64,000 nucleotides of DNA from Dehalococcoidales bacterium (lineage in GTDB: Bacteria; Chloroflexota; Dehalococcoidia; Dehalococcoidales; UBA5760), in contig JAQUQE010000001.1 of NCBI GenBank assembly GCA_028716225.1, positions 93,407 to 157,406 of the forward strand. The letters run 5' to 3'. Made by a program: the position numbers and the translations under genes. The notes under the pieces are model-generated. The model worked only from the letters and a program-made list of their open reading frames with translations, was not told the origin of the DNA and searched no databases. Every line of letters starts with the position of its first letter. The stretch's first letter is position 1. Below, piece after piece: positions 28,307-37,983 of the stretch.

Positions 28307-29741
28307 GGCTGACCATCTCCGCCTGTTCCATCGCTGTTATTAATGCCTGGGCTTTGTTTAAGCTTTCCTGGTATTCACGCTCGGGAATACTATCGGCGAC
28401 AATACCCGCGCCAGCCTGAGTATAAGCAACACCATCCTTGATAATACTGGTACGGATGTTTATGGCAGTATCCATATTACCGGAGAAACCGAAGTATCCC
28501 ACTGCACCGGCATAGGGCCCCCTCTTGTCCGGTTCCAGCTCAGCGATAATCTCCATCGCCCGAACCTTCGGTGCCCCCGACACTGTCCCGGCCGGGAAAC
28601 AGGCACGCAGGGCATCGAACTGGGAAAGACCGTTCTTCAGTCTGCCTTCGACATGCGATACCAGATGCATAACGTGAGAATAGCGTTCAATACCCATAAG
28701 CTGAGTTACCTTGACTGTACCCGGTTCGCTGACCCGCCCGATATCATTACGACCAAGGTCCACCAGCATAATATGCTCGGCACGTTCCTTCTCATCGCTC
28801 TTAAGGTCTTCTTCCAGGGCCAAATCCTGGGCAACATCTCTACCCCGGGGACGGGTACCGGCAATGGGGTGGTTGGATACTATTCCGCCTTCCACCCTTA
28901 CCAGTAACTCAGGAGATGCCCCCACAATGTGGCAGTCCCCCATTTTAAGATAGTACATATAAGGCGATGGGTTGAGAGAGCGTAGCGCCCGGTACAGGGT
29001 AAAGGGACTGGCGGTGGTCGGTCTGGCCAACCTCTGAGACAGGACTACCTGGATAATATCACCGGCACAGATGTACTCCTTAGCTCGACGCACTCTTTCC
29101 TCAAACTCTGTCCGGGAAAGGTTCGAGGAGGCTGGAGCCGGGGATTGTTCATGTGAAATAGATAAATGGTATTGAGGGCTAATCGGCTGCCTTAACCTCG
29201 CCACCAGGACATCAATTTTATTGGTTGCATTCCGATAGGCAGCCTCAACATCGCCGTTTACATGAACATGCGAGACCACCTTTATCTTATGGGTGAGATG
29301 ATCGAAAATGAGCAGGGTGTCCGCCAGCATGAATACTGATTCTGGAAGGCCCAGTGTATCAGACTGAGGGGAAGGTAGCTCTTCAAAGTAGCGGGCGACT
29401 TCATAGCCCAAGTAGCCGACCATCCCTCCATGAAAACGGGGCAAGCCGCTGTCAGTCGCCAGTCGGAAACGAGCGAGCTCCTTTTCGATAAGGGATAGGG
29501 GATCAACAGAATTATTGGTCTCGGCTCTCAGAACCAGGGCGGGCTCGGTACCGATAAAGCTGTAGCGGGCCAGTTGCTCGCCACCCTCTACACTCTCGAG
29601 TAGGAAAGAGTAATCCCCGCGAGCTACCTTAAGATAGGCAGATACCGGCGTTTCCAGATCAGCCATAATCTCACAATATACCGGTATCAGATTACCATAT
29701 CTGGCCAGTTCTCTAGCCTCATCCAGTGCAGGATAGTACAT
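28287..29741 (-). CDS. trpE: anthranilate synthase component I
   Basis: Chorismate-binding domain (LSQRL..., GRNDIGRV, GAVGYFGFSGNMD, QAGAGIVADS). Start set at ATG 29741 (MYYPALDEARE), with GGAG and a 5-nt spacer. The track start 29807 would overlap the T-box terminator. Confidence 0.93.
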   Translation of the reverse strand: MYYPALDEARELARYGNLIPVYCEIMADLETPVSAYLKVARGDYSFLLESVEGGEQLARYSFIGTEPALVLRAETNNSVDPLSLIEKELARFRLATDSGLPRFHGGMVGYLGYEVARYFEELPSPQSDTLGLPESVFMLADTLLIFDHLTHKIKVVSHVHVNGDVEAAYRNATNKIDVLVARLRQPISPQYHLSISHEQSPAPASSNLSRTEFEERVRRAKEYICAGDIIQVVLSQRLARPTTASPFTLYRALRSLNPSPYMYYLKMGDCHIVGASPELLVRVEGGIVSNHPIAGTRPRGRDVAQDLALEEDLKSDEKERAEHIMLVDLGRNDIGRVSEPGTVKVTQLMGIERYSHVMHLVSHVEGRLKNGLSQFDALRACFPAGTVSGAPKVRAMEIIAELEPDKRGPYAGAVGYFGFSGNMDTAINIRTSIIKDGVAYTQAGAGIVADSIPEREYQESLNKAQALITAMEQAEMVSHAAFDR

Positions 29742-29754
29742 ATTATCTCCCAAT

Positions 29755-30060
29755 AAAAAACTCCCAACCCCTACAAAGGGGCGGGAGTTCAACTTCCACG
29801 GTGCCACCCTTCTTAGCCCTCACTCCATAATCAGAGAATAAGGACTATCTCTATCAGGTACAGAAGCAAGAATCTACCTCAATACCCTGGAATACAATAA
29901 CGCTTTCCCTGCGTCAAGACCTACTTATTGCTGAATCAGCAATTTTCAGCCTGCGGCTCCCAAATCCATTCACCATCTGCGCCAGCACCGGCTCACACCC
30001 TACCCGGCTCTCTGAGCCTCGCTTGAAGGCTACTACTCTTGTTCACAGCCTTTACAATAT
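29755..30060 (-). promoter_or_regulatory. T-box riboswitch leader with Trp (UGG) specifier and intrinsic terminator
   Basis: Read 5' to 3' on the reverse strand: AGUA, then AGAGAG (30013..30008), then a distal GGUGUGA loop, then GAA-UGG-A (UGG at 29968..29966). Next comes the T-box sequence AGGGUGGCACCGUGG (29810..29796). A CUCCCGCCCC/GGGGUUGGGAG hairpin plus U6 closes the leader (29788..29755). Confidence 0.85.
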
Positions 30061-30074
30061 TCAATTGGATAGGA

Positions 30075-30102
30075 TGTTAACATAATATCAATCGTTTGTC
30101 AA
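30075..30102 (-). promoter_or_regulatory. trp operon promoter
   Basis: Reverse strand TTGACA (30102..30097), 16 nt, TAACAT (30080..30075). Confidence 0.5.
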
Positions 30103-30219
30103 TAGCTACCCCCCTACTTCTATCAGAGGGAAATATTACGGCTGATGCGGTTGCTTATAATATTTGGACGGGTGTGATAAAATGTACAAGGAATGGATTG
30201 GAACTCTGTTTCGCAGTCG

Positions 30220-30311
30220 GGAGGGATCGCATAGTGGTCTAGTGCGGGCGCCTGCTAAGCGCTTACCTTGGGTAACCGGGGTCGTGGGTTCGAATCCCAC
30301 TCCCTCCGCCA
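30220..30311 (+). tRNA. tRNA-Ser (anticodon GCU)
   Basis: Acceptor stem GGAGGGA/TCCCTCC, discriminator G, encoded CCA. Anticodon loop CT-GCT-AA, long variable arm, T-loop GGTTCGAATCC. Confidence 0.9.
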
Positions 30312-30317
30312 GATAAA

Positions 30318-30346
30318 ATGCCCCTTAGCAAGGGGCATATATTTTA
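30318..30346 (+). terminator. intrinsic terminator after tRNA-Ser
   Basis: ATGCCCCT-TAGCA-AGGGGCAT followed by ATATTTTAA. Confidence 0.65.
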
Positions 30347-30363
30347 ATAACCGGTGTAAGGCT

Positions 30364-31623
30364 ATGCCTCGATATTATATCTGGACTATCGGTTGTCAGA
30401 TGAACAAGGCTGAATCCGAGCGACTCGGCAGTTGCCTGGAACAGCACGGGTATCAAAGGGCGACCGCCACCGAAAAGGCTCAACTGATTGTACTTAATAG
30501 CTGTGTGGTACGGCAGAGTGCGGAAAACCGGGTTATCGGCAGGCTGAACGCTCTTAAGACACTGAAAAAGTCATGCCCTGACCTTAAACTGGCGGTTACC
30601 GGCTGTTTGGTAAACTCAAAGACAGACGAACTCAAAAAGAGCTTCCCTTTCGTTGATTATTTCTTTAAGCCCGGAGAAAATCCGCCCTGGCTGGAGGATC
30701 CAATACCAGGTCCGATATTACCCCGACATCCATCAACAGTCACTTTCGTCTCCATCATTCAAGGCTGTAATAATTTCTGTTCCTACTGTATCGTTCCTTA
30801 TCGTCGTGGCCGGGAGAGAAGTCGCCCACTTGAATCAATAGTAGCTGAAGTGAAGGAGCTGGTGCGCCATGGCGTAAAAGAGGTGGTCCTGCTGGGACAA
30901 AACGTGGACTCATACGGGCAGGATCTTCCGGAAAAGCCGCAGTTATCCGATCTGCTTGGTGAGCTTAATACTGTGGATGGACTGGTCCGCATCCGCTTCC
31001 TGACCAACCACCCCAAGGATATGAGCCTCAGGCTCATTAATAAGATAGCCTGTCTGGATAGGGTCTGCGAAGAGATAAGCCTCCCTGTGCAGTCGGGCAG
31101 TGATGATATTCTGAAAGCAATGGGACGAGGTTACACTGCAGAGCACTATCGCCGGCTCATAGAAGAAATACGCAGCAGAGTGCCGGGAGTAGCCTTAAGC
31201 ACCGACGTCATTGTCGGCTTCCCCTACGAAACGGAAGAGCAGTTTCAGAAAACATTTGAACTGATCTCCGAGCTAAAGTTTGACGTAGTCCATGTCGCTG
31301 CATATTCAGTGAGGCCGGGGACTGCTGCTGCCGAGAGATTTCCCGATAATGTTCCGCTGGCTGTGAAAAGAGAGCGATTGAAAAGGGTGGAAAAGATTCA
31401 GGAAGAAATAGCGGCTGCAATTAATGCCCGGCTATTGGGTAAGACAGCTGAGGTCCTGGTAGAAGGTAAGAAAAAGGGGCGGTGGTGGGGCCGGTCTCAA
31501 AACGGTAAACTGGTCTTTTTCGATAGCAGTTGCAACTGCCTGGGACGACTGGTCAAAATAGATATTGAGAAGACAAGTCCATGGGCGCTGCAGGGTAGTA
31601 TTAACACCAATCGGACTGATTAA
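30364..31623 (+). CDS. miaB: tRNA-i6A37 methylthiotransferase MiaB (radical SAM)
   Basis: YIWTIGCQMNKAESE N-terminal MTTase domain, radical-SAM CNNFCSYC, and a C-terminal TRAM domain. Start set at ATG 30364, because the track start 30268 lies inside the tRNA gene. Confidence 0.88.
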   Translation: MPRYYIWTIGCQMNKAESERLGSCLEQHGYQRATATEKAQLIVLNSCVVRQSAENRVIGRLNALKTLKKSCPDLKLAVTGCLVNSKTDELKKSFPFVDYFFKPGENPPWLEDPIPGPILPRHPSTVTFVSIIQGCNNFCSYCIVPYRRGRERSRPLESIVAEVKELVRHGVKEVVLLGQNVDSYGQDLPEKPQLSDLLGELNTVDGLVRIRFLTNHPKDMSLRLINKIACLDRVCEEISLPVQSGSDDILKAMGRGYTAEHYRRLIEEIRSRVPGVALSTDVIVGFPYETEEQFQKTFELISELKFDVVHVAAYSVRPGTAAAERFPDNVPLAVKRERLKRVEKIQEEIAAAINARLLGKTAEVLVEGKKKGRWWGRSQNGKLVFFDSSCNCLGRLVKIDIEKTSPWALQGSINTNRTD

Positions 31624-31637
31624 AGCAAGGAGGGATA

Positions 31638-31901
31638 ATGGACACCAACATAATATACATAATCGCCTTTCTGTGTGTGCTTGGTTTAGTATTCTATTTC
31701 TTCATGATCAGACCACAGCGAAGGAGACAGCAAGAGCACGATGAACTGATAAATCAGTTGAAACAAGGGGACAGTGTGATCACCGCCGGCGGCATATATG
31801 GGCGGGTGGAAGATGTCGGTCAGGACAGCGTCGTCCTGAAAATAGAATCAGGGGCCACAATGAGAGTGGCTAAAAGCAGTATCGCCGGTAAAGCAAAATA
31901 A
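31638..31901 (+). CDS. yajC: preprotein translocase subunit YajC
   Basis: 87 aa. One TM helix, then IRPQRRRQQEH...GDSVITAGGIYGRV. Confidence 0.9.
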   Translation: MDTNIIYIIAFLCVLGLVFYFFMIRPQRRRQQEHDELINQLKQGDSVITAGGIYGRVEDVGQDSVVLKIESGATMRVAKSSIAGKAK

Positions 31902-31933
31902 TAAGTACGATCCGGCATCTTTCCCTTATTCCA

Positions 31934-32890
31934 ATGAGACAGAGACGTACAGCAACCGGTAACCTGATAGAGATGGCAATGGATAGTGTTGATAACCTTA
32001 AAACGAAGATAGCGGAGCTGAAAGAAAAGCTAAGGGCAGTCATTGTCGCCCACAATTATCAGAGTCCCGAGATACAGGATATCGCCGATTTTACCGGCGA
32101 CTCCCTGGAGTTAGCCCGCAGGTGCACCGGGGTGGATGCTGAAACCATCATATTCTGTGGCGTACATTTCATGGCAGAGACAGCGGCCATACTTAGTCCC
32201 GAACGTACCGTCTTACTGGCTGAAGGAAGTGCCGGTTGCCCTATGGCTGATATGATTAGTGCCGATGAGCTTAAGGATTGGAAGCTGAGATACCCCCGGG
32301 CGTCGGTAGTCTGCTACGTAAATTCAACAGCCGGAGTCAAGGCAGAGAGTTATAGCTGTTGCACATCGGCTAATGGAGTCAAGATAGTAGATGCGGTACC
32401 CAACGACGAGATTCTCTTTGTCCCTGACCAGAATCTGGGGCACTTTATATCCACTCAGACCAGAAAAAGGATGATCCTTTACCCCGGCTACTGTTATGTG
32501 CACCACCGGATTAAGCCAGCGCAGGTGAAGATGGCAAGGGAGCTTTATCCCGATGCCACGCTCATCGTCCATCCCGAATGCCGACCGGAAGTAGTAGCCC
32601 TGGCTGATGCTGTCCTCAGCACCTCGCAGATGCTCCGCTATGTCAAAACAAGTTCGCAAAAGAGCTTTATCATCGGTACCGAGGAGGGACTGCTGCATAC
32701 GCTACGTAAAGAGAACCCCGGTAAATCCTTCCATATGCTATCAAACAGCCAGGTCTGTACCGACATGAAAAAGACAACCCTGGCGACGTTAGCCGAGACG
32801 ATGGAGATGAGAAGGAACAGGGTAACTGTTCCCGAGGAGATAAGGTTGAAGGCAAAGCAGGCTGTTGAGAGAATGATTGCGGTAGGGTGA
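31934..32890 (+). CDS. nadA: quinolinate synthase
   Basis: VIVAHNYQSPEIQDIADFTGDSLELAR and VHFMAETA motifs. The true start may be ATG 31973 or 31979. Confidence 0.9.
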   Translation: MRQRRTATGNLIEMAMDSVDNLKTKIAELKEKLRAVIVAHNYQSPEIQDIADFTGDSLELARRCTGVDAETIIFCGVHFMAETAAILSPERTVLLAEGSAGCPMADMISADELKDWKLRYPRASVVCYVNSTAGVKAESYSCCTSANGVKIVDAVPNDEILFVPDQNLGHFISTQTRKRMILYPGYCYVHHRIKPAQVKMARELYPDATLIVHPECRPEVVALADAVLSTSQMLRYVKTSSQKSFIIGTEEGLLHTLRKENPGKSFHMLSNSQVCTDMKKTTLATLAETMEMRRNRVTVPEEIRLKAKQAVERMIAVG

Positions 32891-33807
32891 AGAAAAAGGA
32901 GCACAGGAGTGTGAGCCTGGTGAATAAATTCAGACCGTCTAATGAACAGATTGATGGCATTATTAACCTCGCCCTGGCAGAGGATATTAGTCAGGGTGAT
33001 ATCACCAGCGAAGCCTTGATACCAGCCAAACTTCAGGGTAAGGCAATCGTGCTGGCTAAGGAAGAAGGAACTCTGGCCGGTGGAGAAGTAGCCAGACAGG
33101 TTTTTCTCAAGGTATCCCCATCACTTAAGGTGGAGCTATTGATAGAAGATGGTACTTTGATTCATCCCGGAGATATCATAGCTACTATTTACGGACGGGT
33201 AATAGATATCCTCAAGGCAGAACGGGTGGCTCTCAATTTCTTACAAAGGCTAAGCGGTATTGCTTCGCTTACTGCCCGCTATGTTGCCGAGACTACGGGG
33301 CTTGGAGTCAGTATCTGTGACACCCGTAAGACTACCCCCGGACTCAGGATACTGGAGAAATACGCCGTGAGTGCCGGCGGTGGCAAGAATCACCGTTTTC
33401 ATCTCGGTGACGGCATCTTGATCAAAGACAACCACCTCTCAGCACTACGCACCCAGGGAATGAGCATAAAGGATATCGTGGCTCAAGCGAGACGAAATGC
33501 CCCCGAAGGTCTGACGGTGGAGGTCGAGGCCGATACTGTTTCAGAAGCCCTGGAGGCAGTTCAAGGTGGGGCCGATACGATCCTGCTCGATAATATGAGT
33601 CCGGATGAAATACGCCGTGCCGTGGGACTAATACCGGGGCATGTCAAGACAGAGGCCTCGGGAGGTATTACCCTGGCGAACGTACGTGCCATAGCGATGT
33701 CCGGAGTGAATACTATCTCAATCGGCGCGCTCACCCATTCAGTAAAGGCTTTGGACATCAGCCTGGAGCTTGAACCGGAGACCATCCAGCCAGTTCATAC
33801 GAAATAG
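32887..33807 (+). CDS. nadC: nicotinate-nucleotide diphosphorylase (quinolinate phosphoribosyltransferase)
   Basis: LAEDISQGDITSEA, DTRKTTPGLR, and LLDNM near the C-terminus. The start may be a GTG at 32911. Confidence 0.9.
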   Translation: MKKKEHRSVSLVNKFRPSNEQIDGIINLALAEDISQGDITSEALIPAKLQGKAIVLAKEEGTLAGGEVARQVFLKVSPSLKVELLIEDGTLIHPGDIIATIYGRVIDILKAERVALNFLQRLSGIASLTARYVAETTGLGVSICDTRKTTPGLRILEKYAVSAGGGKNHRFHLGDGILIKDNHLSALRTQGMSIKDIVAQARRNAPEGLTVEVEADTVSEALEAVQGGADTILLDNMSPDEIRRAVGLIPGHVKTEASGGITLANVRAIAMSGVNTISIGALTHSVKALDISLELEPETIQPVHTK

Positions 33808-33895
33808 CCCGTGCCGACCTTTTTGACATGCGATATCCGGCCTTTATCTTCCCCGGCTTAAAGAGACTGATAATTAATACAGATGGCAAGCGGCA

Positions 33896-34318
33896 CTACT
33901 TCTGGCACTTCGGACATAGGCCAAAGAAAGCAAGGTGCTTCATATTGACCCTGAAGCCGTATTTCTCTCTAATTTCGGTCCACAACGGGTTCAATATCGA
34001 CTCTTCGACGTCGACAGTTTTTCCACACTTCTCACAGACAAGGTGATGATGATGGCCTTTCCCAATACTGTGGTAGCGTACCCGCCCATCGCCCAGGTCA
34101 GTCTCGGTAACCATTCCCAGTCCCTTCAGTAGCTCCATAGTACGATAGACAGTAGAGATATTCATCTGGGGATAATGGTCACAGATCTGAGCATATATCT
34201 CCTCAGCACTGATATGACCATCCGTTTCCTCTACAGCTGTTAGTATCATTATACGTTGTGGTGTCAGGCGGTAGCCTAACTCACCCAGTTTACGACCTAT
34301 TGCTGTAGTTTGACTCAT
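33896..34318 (-). CDS. Fur-family metalloregulator (Fur/Zur/PerR type)
   Basis: 140 aa. Winged helix (RLTPQRIMIL), HHHHLVCEKCGK, and a C-terminal CPKC pair. Confidence 0.85.
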   Translation of the reverse strand: MSQTTAIGRKLGELGYRLTPQRIMILTAVEETDGHISAEEIYAQICDHYPQMNISTVYRTMELLKGLGMVTETDLGDGRVRYHSIGKGHHHHLVCEKCGKTVDVEESILNPLWTEIREKYGFRVNMKHLAFFGLCPKCQK

Positions 34319-34418
34319 TCGACTTTACCCTGCTTGATAGACCAACTATGAACAAATTATAAACAAGAGATTAATTCATGGCAACAAACAATGCAAGAGC
34401 AATTATACAGATGGGTCA

Positions 34419-34868
34419 TTAACGTTTATCACCGCTGTCCAGCATAATGGTTACCGGACCGTCATTATGAATCTCCACCTGCATATATTGCTGAAAGCGC
34501 CCGGTGGCTAAACTGAGTCCGGTATCACGAACTTCCTTGACAAAGTATTCGAAGAGTTCTTCAGCCCGGGATGGCGGTGCTGCCTCGGTAAAACTGGGGC
34601 GGCGCCCCCTCCTGGTATCTGACAGAAGAGTGAACTGGCTGATTATCAGTATTTCTCCGTTAATATCCAGAACGGAACGGCTGAACCTGCCCGCCTCGTC
34701 AGCAAAAATACGCAGATTCACTGCCTTCTGCGCCAGGTACTGCGCATCCTTTCCAGTATCACTATTAGCAATACCGATAAAGGCTACCAGCCCCTGTCCG
34801 ATTTTACCCACTATCTCATTGTTGACACTGACCGAGGCACTGGTAACCCGTTGCAGGAGTGCCTTCAC
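34419..34868 (-). CDS. dtd: D-aminoacyl-tRNA deacylase
   Basis: MKALLQRV...GQGLVAFIGI...SQFTL...GRRPSF signature. Confidence 0.92.
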   Translation of the reverse strand: MKALLQRVTSASVSVNNEIVGKIGQGLVAFIGIANSDTGKDAQYLAQKAVNLRIFADEAGRFSRSVLDINGEILIISQFTLLSDTRRGRRPSFTEAAPPSRAEELFEYFVKEVRDTGLSLATGRFQQYMQVEIHNDGPVTIMLDSGDKR

Positions 34869-34882
34869 AACTACTTTCCCGT

Positions 34883-35107
34883 TTACTGTTTCTTAGCAGG
34901 TTGCTTCGCCGCTCCTGAGCTAACATCAGTATTGCGGCTGTCGGTAACATAAAAACCGCTCCCCTTGAAAATGATGGGTGCAGAGTGAAAAACACGACGA
35001 ACTTTCCCCTCGCACTGAGGACATATAGCTATCGGTTCTTCATCAAACCGCTGCCTTTTTTCAAAACGGAAGCTGCATTTATCACACTTATATTCATAGG
35101 TGGGCAT
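34883..35107 (-). CDS. FmdB-family zinc-ribbon protein
   Basis: MPTYEYKCDKCSFRFE...CPQCEG, a CxxC-x-CxxC zinc-ribbon signature. Confidence 0.85.
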   Translation of the reverse strand: MPTYEYKCDKCSFRFEKRQRFDEEPIAICPQCEGKVRRVFHSAPIIFKGSGFYVTDSRNTDVSSGAAKQPAKKQ

Positions 35108-35408
35108 CTACATCACCTCACGGATACTTGTATCACTGTCTCACTGGCTATTTTACACAAATAATCGCCATAAAGGCAAATTCAGGCGATGCGACATTGG
35201 TATCAATGATCAGTAGACCGAAATAGGCGCCAAAATTAAATTGATTCCCCCTAGACTTCGGGGTGAAAAAGGTGTAAAATTTAAGCGGTTAGCGGAGTGG
35301 ATAAGTATATGTAGTTATGACCGCATTAGCAGCGAAAGATTATCGGATAAAGAAGGCACCGGGCTAATTGATAGTCGGTGCTCTTCGCATTTATAGGGAG
35401 GTGTAGTT

Positions 35409-35675
35409 ATGCAGTCAAGTCTGATTGGGAAAATCGAAAAGGCCAAGCGCTATGCCCAGGAAACCGACCGAATCAGCTTCTCCGATTTCTCAGTAGAATT
35501 CCGCGGAGAGAATGACAGCTACACTACGGGATATAAGGATGGCAAATGGCATTGCTCCTGCCACTTCTTTTCAAGCTGGGGGCTTTGTAGTCATACCATG
35601 GCACTGGAGAAGATTCTGGGCAATATGCTGCCCGAGGAAGCCAGGATCACTCAGGAGCCCGTTAACCTGGGTTAA
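35409..35675 (+). CDS. small SWIM-type zinc-finger protein
   Basis: 88 aa. CSCHFFSSWGLCSH matches the CxCxnCxH SWIM signature. GGGAGG lies 9 nt upstream of the ATG. Confidence 0.7.
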   Translation: MQSSLIGKIEKAKRYAQETDRISFSDFSVEFRGENDSYTTGYKDGKWHCSCHFFSSWGLCSHTMALEKILGNMLPEEARITQEPVNLG

Positions 35676-35676
35676 G

Positions 35677-37029
35677 CTAAGCTCTGGGTTGCTCTCTTTT
35701 GCTTATCAAGCCGCTCCCTGATTCGGTTTGCTTGATTACCTCGGCCACCACGAACAGGGAGCCGGTAGCACAGACGAGATCTTCGGGCCCGGCCATTTTC
35801 ACCACTAGCGATAACGCTTCGGGAATTGACTCCGTTGATCGTGCTTCTACTCCGTATTTTCTGAACTCAGCCTTCAGGCGAGCCGGCCCCATCGCCCGGG
35901 GATGGGCGGAACGAGTAACGATCACCCTGTCGAAAGCGGGCGCCAACTCAGAGACAACACCGGCAACATCCTTGTCCGAAGAAGCTCCCATAACCAGGAC
36001 ACTTCGTTTGAAGTCGAAGTATACTTTCAATGACTGCCTTAACCTTCGGGCAGCATCAGGGTTATGGGCTCCGTCAACGACCAGCAGCGGCCGGCGATTC
36101 AGTATCTGAAGCCGACCTGCCCAGCTTGTCGCTGCCAGTCCACTGGTAATACTATCCCGGGAAAGACTGAAACCCCTTACCGATAACACCTCCAAGGAAG
36201 CTAACGCCGTAGCAGCATTCTCTAACTGGTACTGGCCGAGAAGAGGAATGGCTAGTTCGTAGCTGTCCAGTCTCCCCTCGACACGGAGTAGCTGTCTCTT
36301 ACCATCAAAACCAAGGTTTCGCCAGGTAATATCTTTACCTACCATAACCAGCTCCGCTTTCTGATCTCGGCACGCTGCTACTATTACCGGTACCACCTGA
36401 TCGAACTGTGGGGCAAGTACCAGCGTGCCGTCAGGCTTGATGATACCCGCCTTTTCTTGGGCAATTTTGGCCAGTGAGTCACCCAGCACTGCCGTGTGAT
36501 CAAGACTGATTGAAGTAATAACACTAACCTCCGGCAGAATCACATTGGTAGCATCGAACTTGCCTCCCATCCCCACCTCCAGTACCTGAAAATCAACCCC
36601 CTTGAGCTTGAAATAGGTAAAAGCGAGAGCGGTCAACAACTCAAAGGTAGTCAGTTGACCATGGTCAGCTTGCTGATTTACACGCTCGACCTCTGGTTTC
36701 ATCTCATTTACTATGGAGGTGAGCTCATCTTCGGTGATCAACGTACCGTCAACCCTGAAGCGCTCCCTTATCGTATTAAGGTGCGGGGAGCTATAGAATC
36801 CTGTCCGATAACCCGAGGTTGTAAGGGCTGAGGCAATCATTGCAGCGGTACTCCCTTTGCCGTTGGTACCACCAACATGGACTGACCGGGCTGATAAATG
36901 CGGGTTGCCTAGTCGTGCCAGCAGTTCTTCAACACGTCTCAGGTCATAATGAGCCAGGGCATGCGGCATCGGTATCTTCTCATAGTCAATATGACTATAA
37001 AGGTAGTCCAGTGCCTGTTGATAGTCCAT
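35677..37029 (-). CDS. folC: bifunctional folylpolyglutamate synthase / dihydrofolate synthase
   Basis: Mur-ligase P-loop GTNGKGST. Start set at MDYQQALDYLYSH (ATG 37029) rather than track start 37080. Confidence 0.88.
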   Translation of the reverse strand: MDYQQALDYLYSHIDYEKIPMPHALAHYDLRRVEELLARLGNPHLSARSVHVGGTNGKGSTAAMIASALTTSGYRTGFYSSPHLNTIRERFRVDGTLITEDELTSIVNEMKPEVERVNQQADHGQLTTFELLTALAFTYFKLKGVDFQVLEVGMGGKFDATNVILPEVSVITSISLDHTAVLGDSLAKIAQEKAGIIKPDGTLVLAPQFDQVVPVIVAACRDQKAELVMVGKDITWRNLGFDGKRQLLRVEGRLDSYELAIPLLGQYQLENAATALASLEVLSVRGFSLSRDSITSGLAATSWAGRLQILNRRPLLVVDGAHNPDAARRLRQSLKVYFDFKRSVLVMGASSDKDVAGVVSELAPAFDRVIVTRSAHPRAMGPARLKAEFRKYGVEARSTESIPEALSLVVKMAGPEDLVCATGSLFVVAEVIKQTESGSGLISKREQPRA

Positions 37030-37155
37030 TATAATCCGACGAAAGGAGTCTAAGAGGTTATCCACCAAGTTTACCGCCATTATAGCACTTGACGCTAAGC
37101 AACGGCTACTGGTACTATCACCTTACGCGGTTGAACCGCTTATTTAAGGAATGAA

Positions 37156-37965
37156 ATGAACTTTATTGAAAGGCTGACCGAAGCTGCTCACAGGAACAAG
37201 AGCCTTGTCTGTATCGGGCTTGACCCTGACTCTCAGTTGATGCCCCGGAACAGGAGTGTCTTCGAATTTAACCGGGCGATTATCGAAGCTACTGCTGATC
37301 TGGTTTGCGCCTACAAGGTCAATTTCGCTTTCTATGAAGCTATGGCTGACGGTGGGTTCGACTCCCTGAAACGTACCATCAGGTATATCCCTGATGGCAT
37401 ACCGGTTATCGGTGATGCTAAGCGCAGTGATATCGGTAATACGGCAAGGGCCTATGCCAGGGCTATCTTCGATAACCTCAACTGTGATGCCGCCACCGTA
37501 AATCCCTATCTTGGCTTTGACTCGATAGAGCCGTTTATTAACTACCGAGACAAAGGCATATTCATCCTGTGTCGGACATCAAATACCGGCGCTCTGGACT
37601 TCCAGTCACTGCGCTTTGATGAGACGGAAACAGGGAGCCATGCTCTGTTTGAACTGGTTGCCCGAAAGGCCGAAATATGGAACAAGTACGGTAATATCGG
37701 GCTGGTAATCGGCGCTACTTATCCTGAGGAACTGAAGATAATCCGTGAGGCCCACCCCGATATGCCTCTCCTTGTGCCGGGTATTGGCGCCCAAGGCGGG
37801 GACCTCGCCCTGGCAATCCGTTACGGGATCGATGCCCAGAGCGAGAGGATTATTATCAATTCATCACGGCAGATAATATATGCCTCAGCGAATGACGATT
37901 TTGCGGAGGCAGCCCGGCGGGCGGCCTCATCACTGCGCGAACAGATTAATTCCTGTCTGCCTTGA
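37156..37965 (+). CDS. pyrF: orotidine 5'-phosphate decarboxylase (type 2)
   Basis: LVCIGLDPD and DAKRSDIGNTA motifs; 269 aa. Confidence 0.9.
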   Translation: MNFIERLTEAAHRNKSLVCIGLDPDSQLMPRNRSVFEFNRAIIEATADLVCAYKVNFAFYEAMADGGFDSLKRTIRYIPDGIPVIGDAKRSDIGNTARAYARAIFDNLNCDAATVNPYLGFDSIEPFINYRDKGIFILCRTSNTGALDFQSLRFDETETGSHALFELVARKAEIWNKYGNIGLVIGATYPEELKIIREAHPDMPLLVPGIGAQGGDLALAIRYGIDAQSERIIINSSRQIIYASANDDFAEAARRAASSLREQINSCLP

Positions 37966-37983
37966 TTTCCCAGAACAGGCGTA

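Noticed and set aside
30220-30311. tRNA-Ser as a possible integration site for a genomic island
   Set aside because: There is no integrase, no direct repeat of the tRNA 3' end and no compositional break. Both flanks (the trp operon and miaB-yajC-nadAC) are core genes.
30268-30363. N-terminal extension of the miaB ORF in the track
   Set aside because: The extension is the tRNA-Ser gene and its terminator read as protein. The MiaB N-terminus (MPRYYIWTIGCQMN) begins at ATG 30364.
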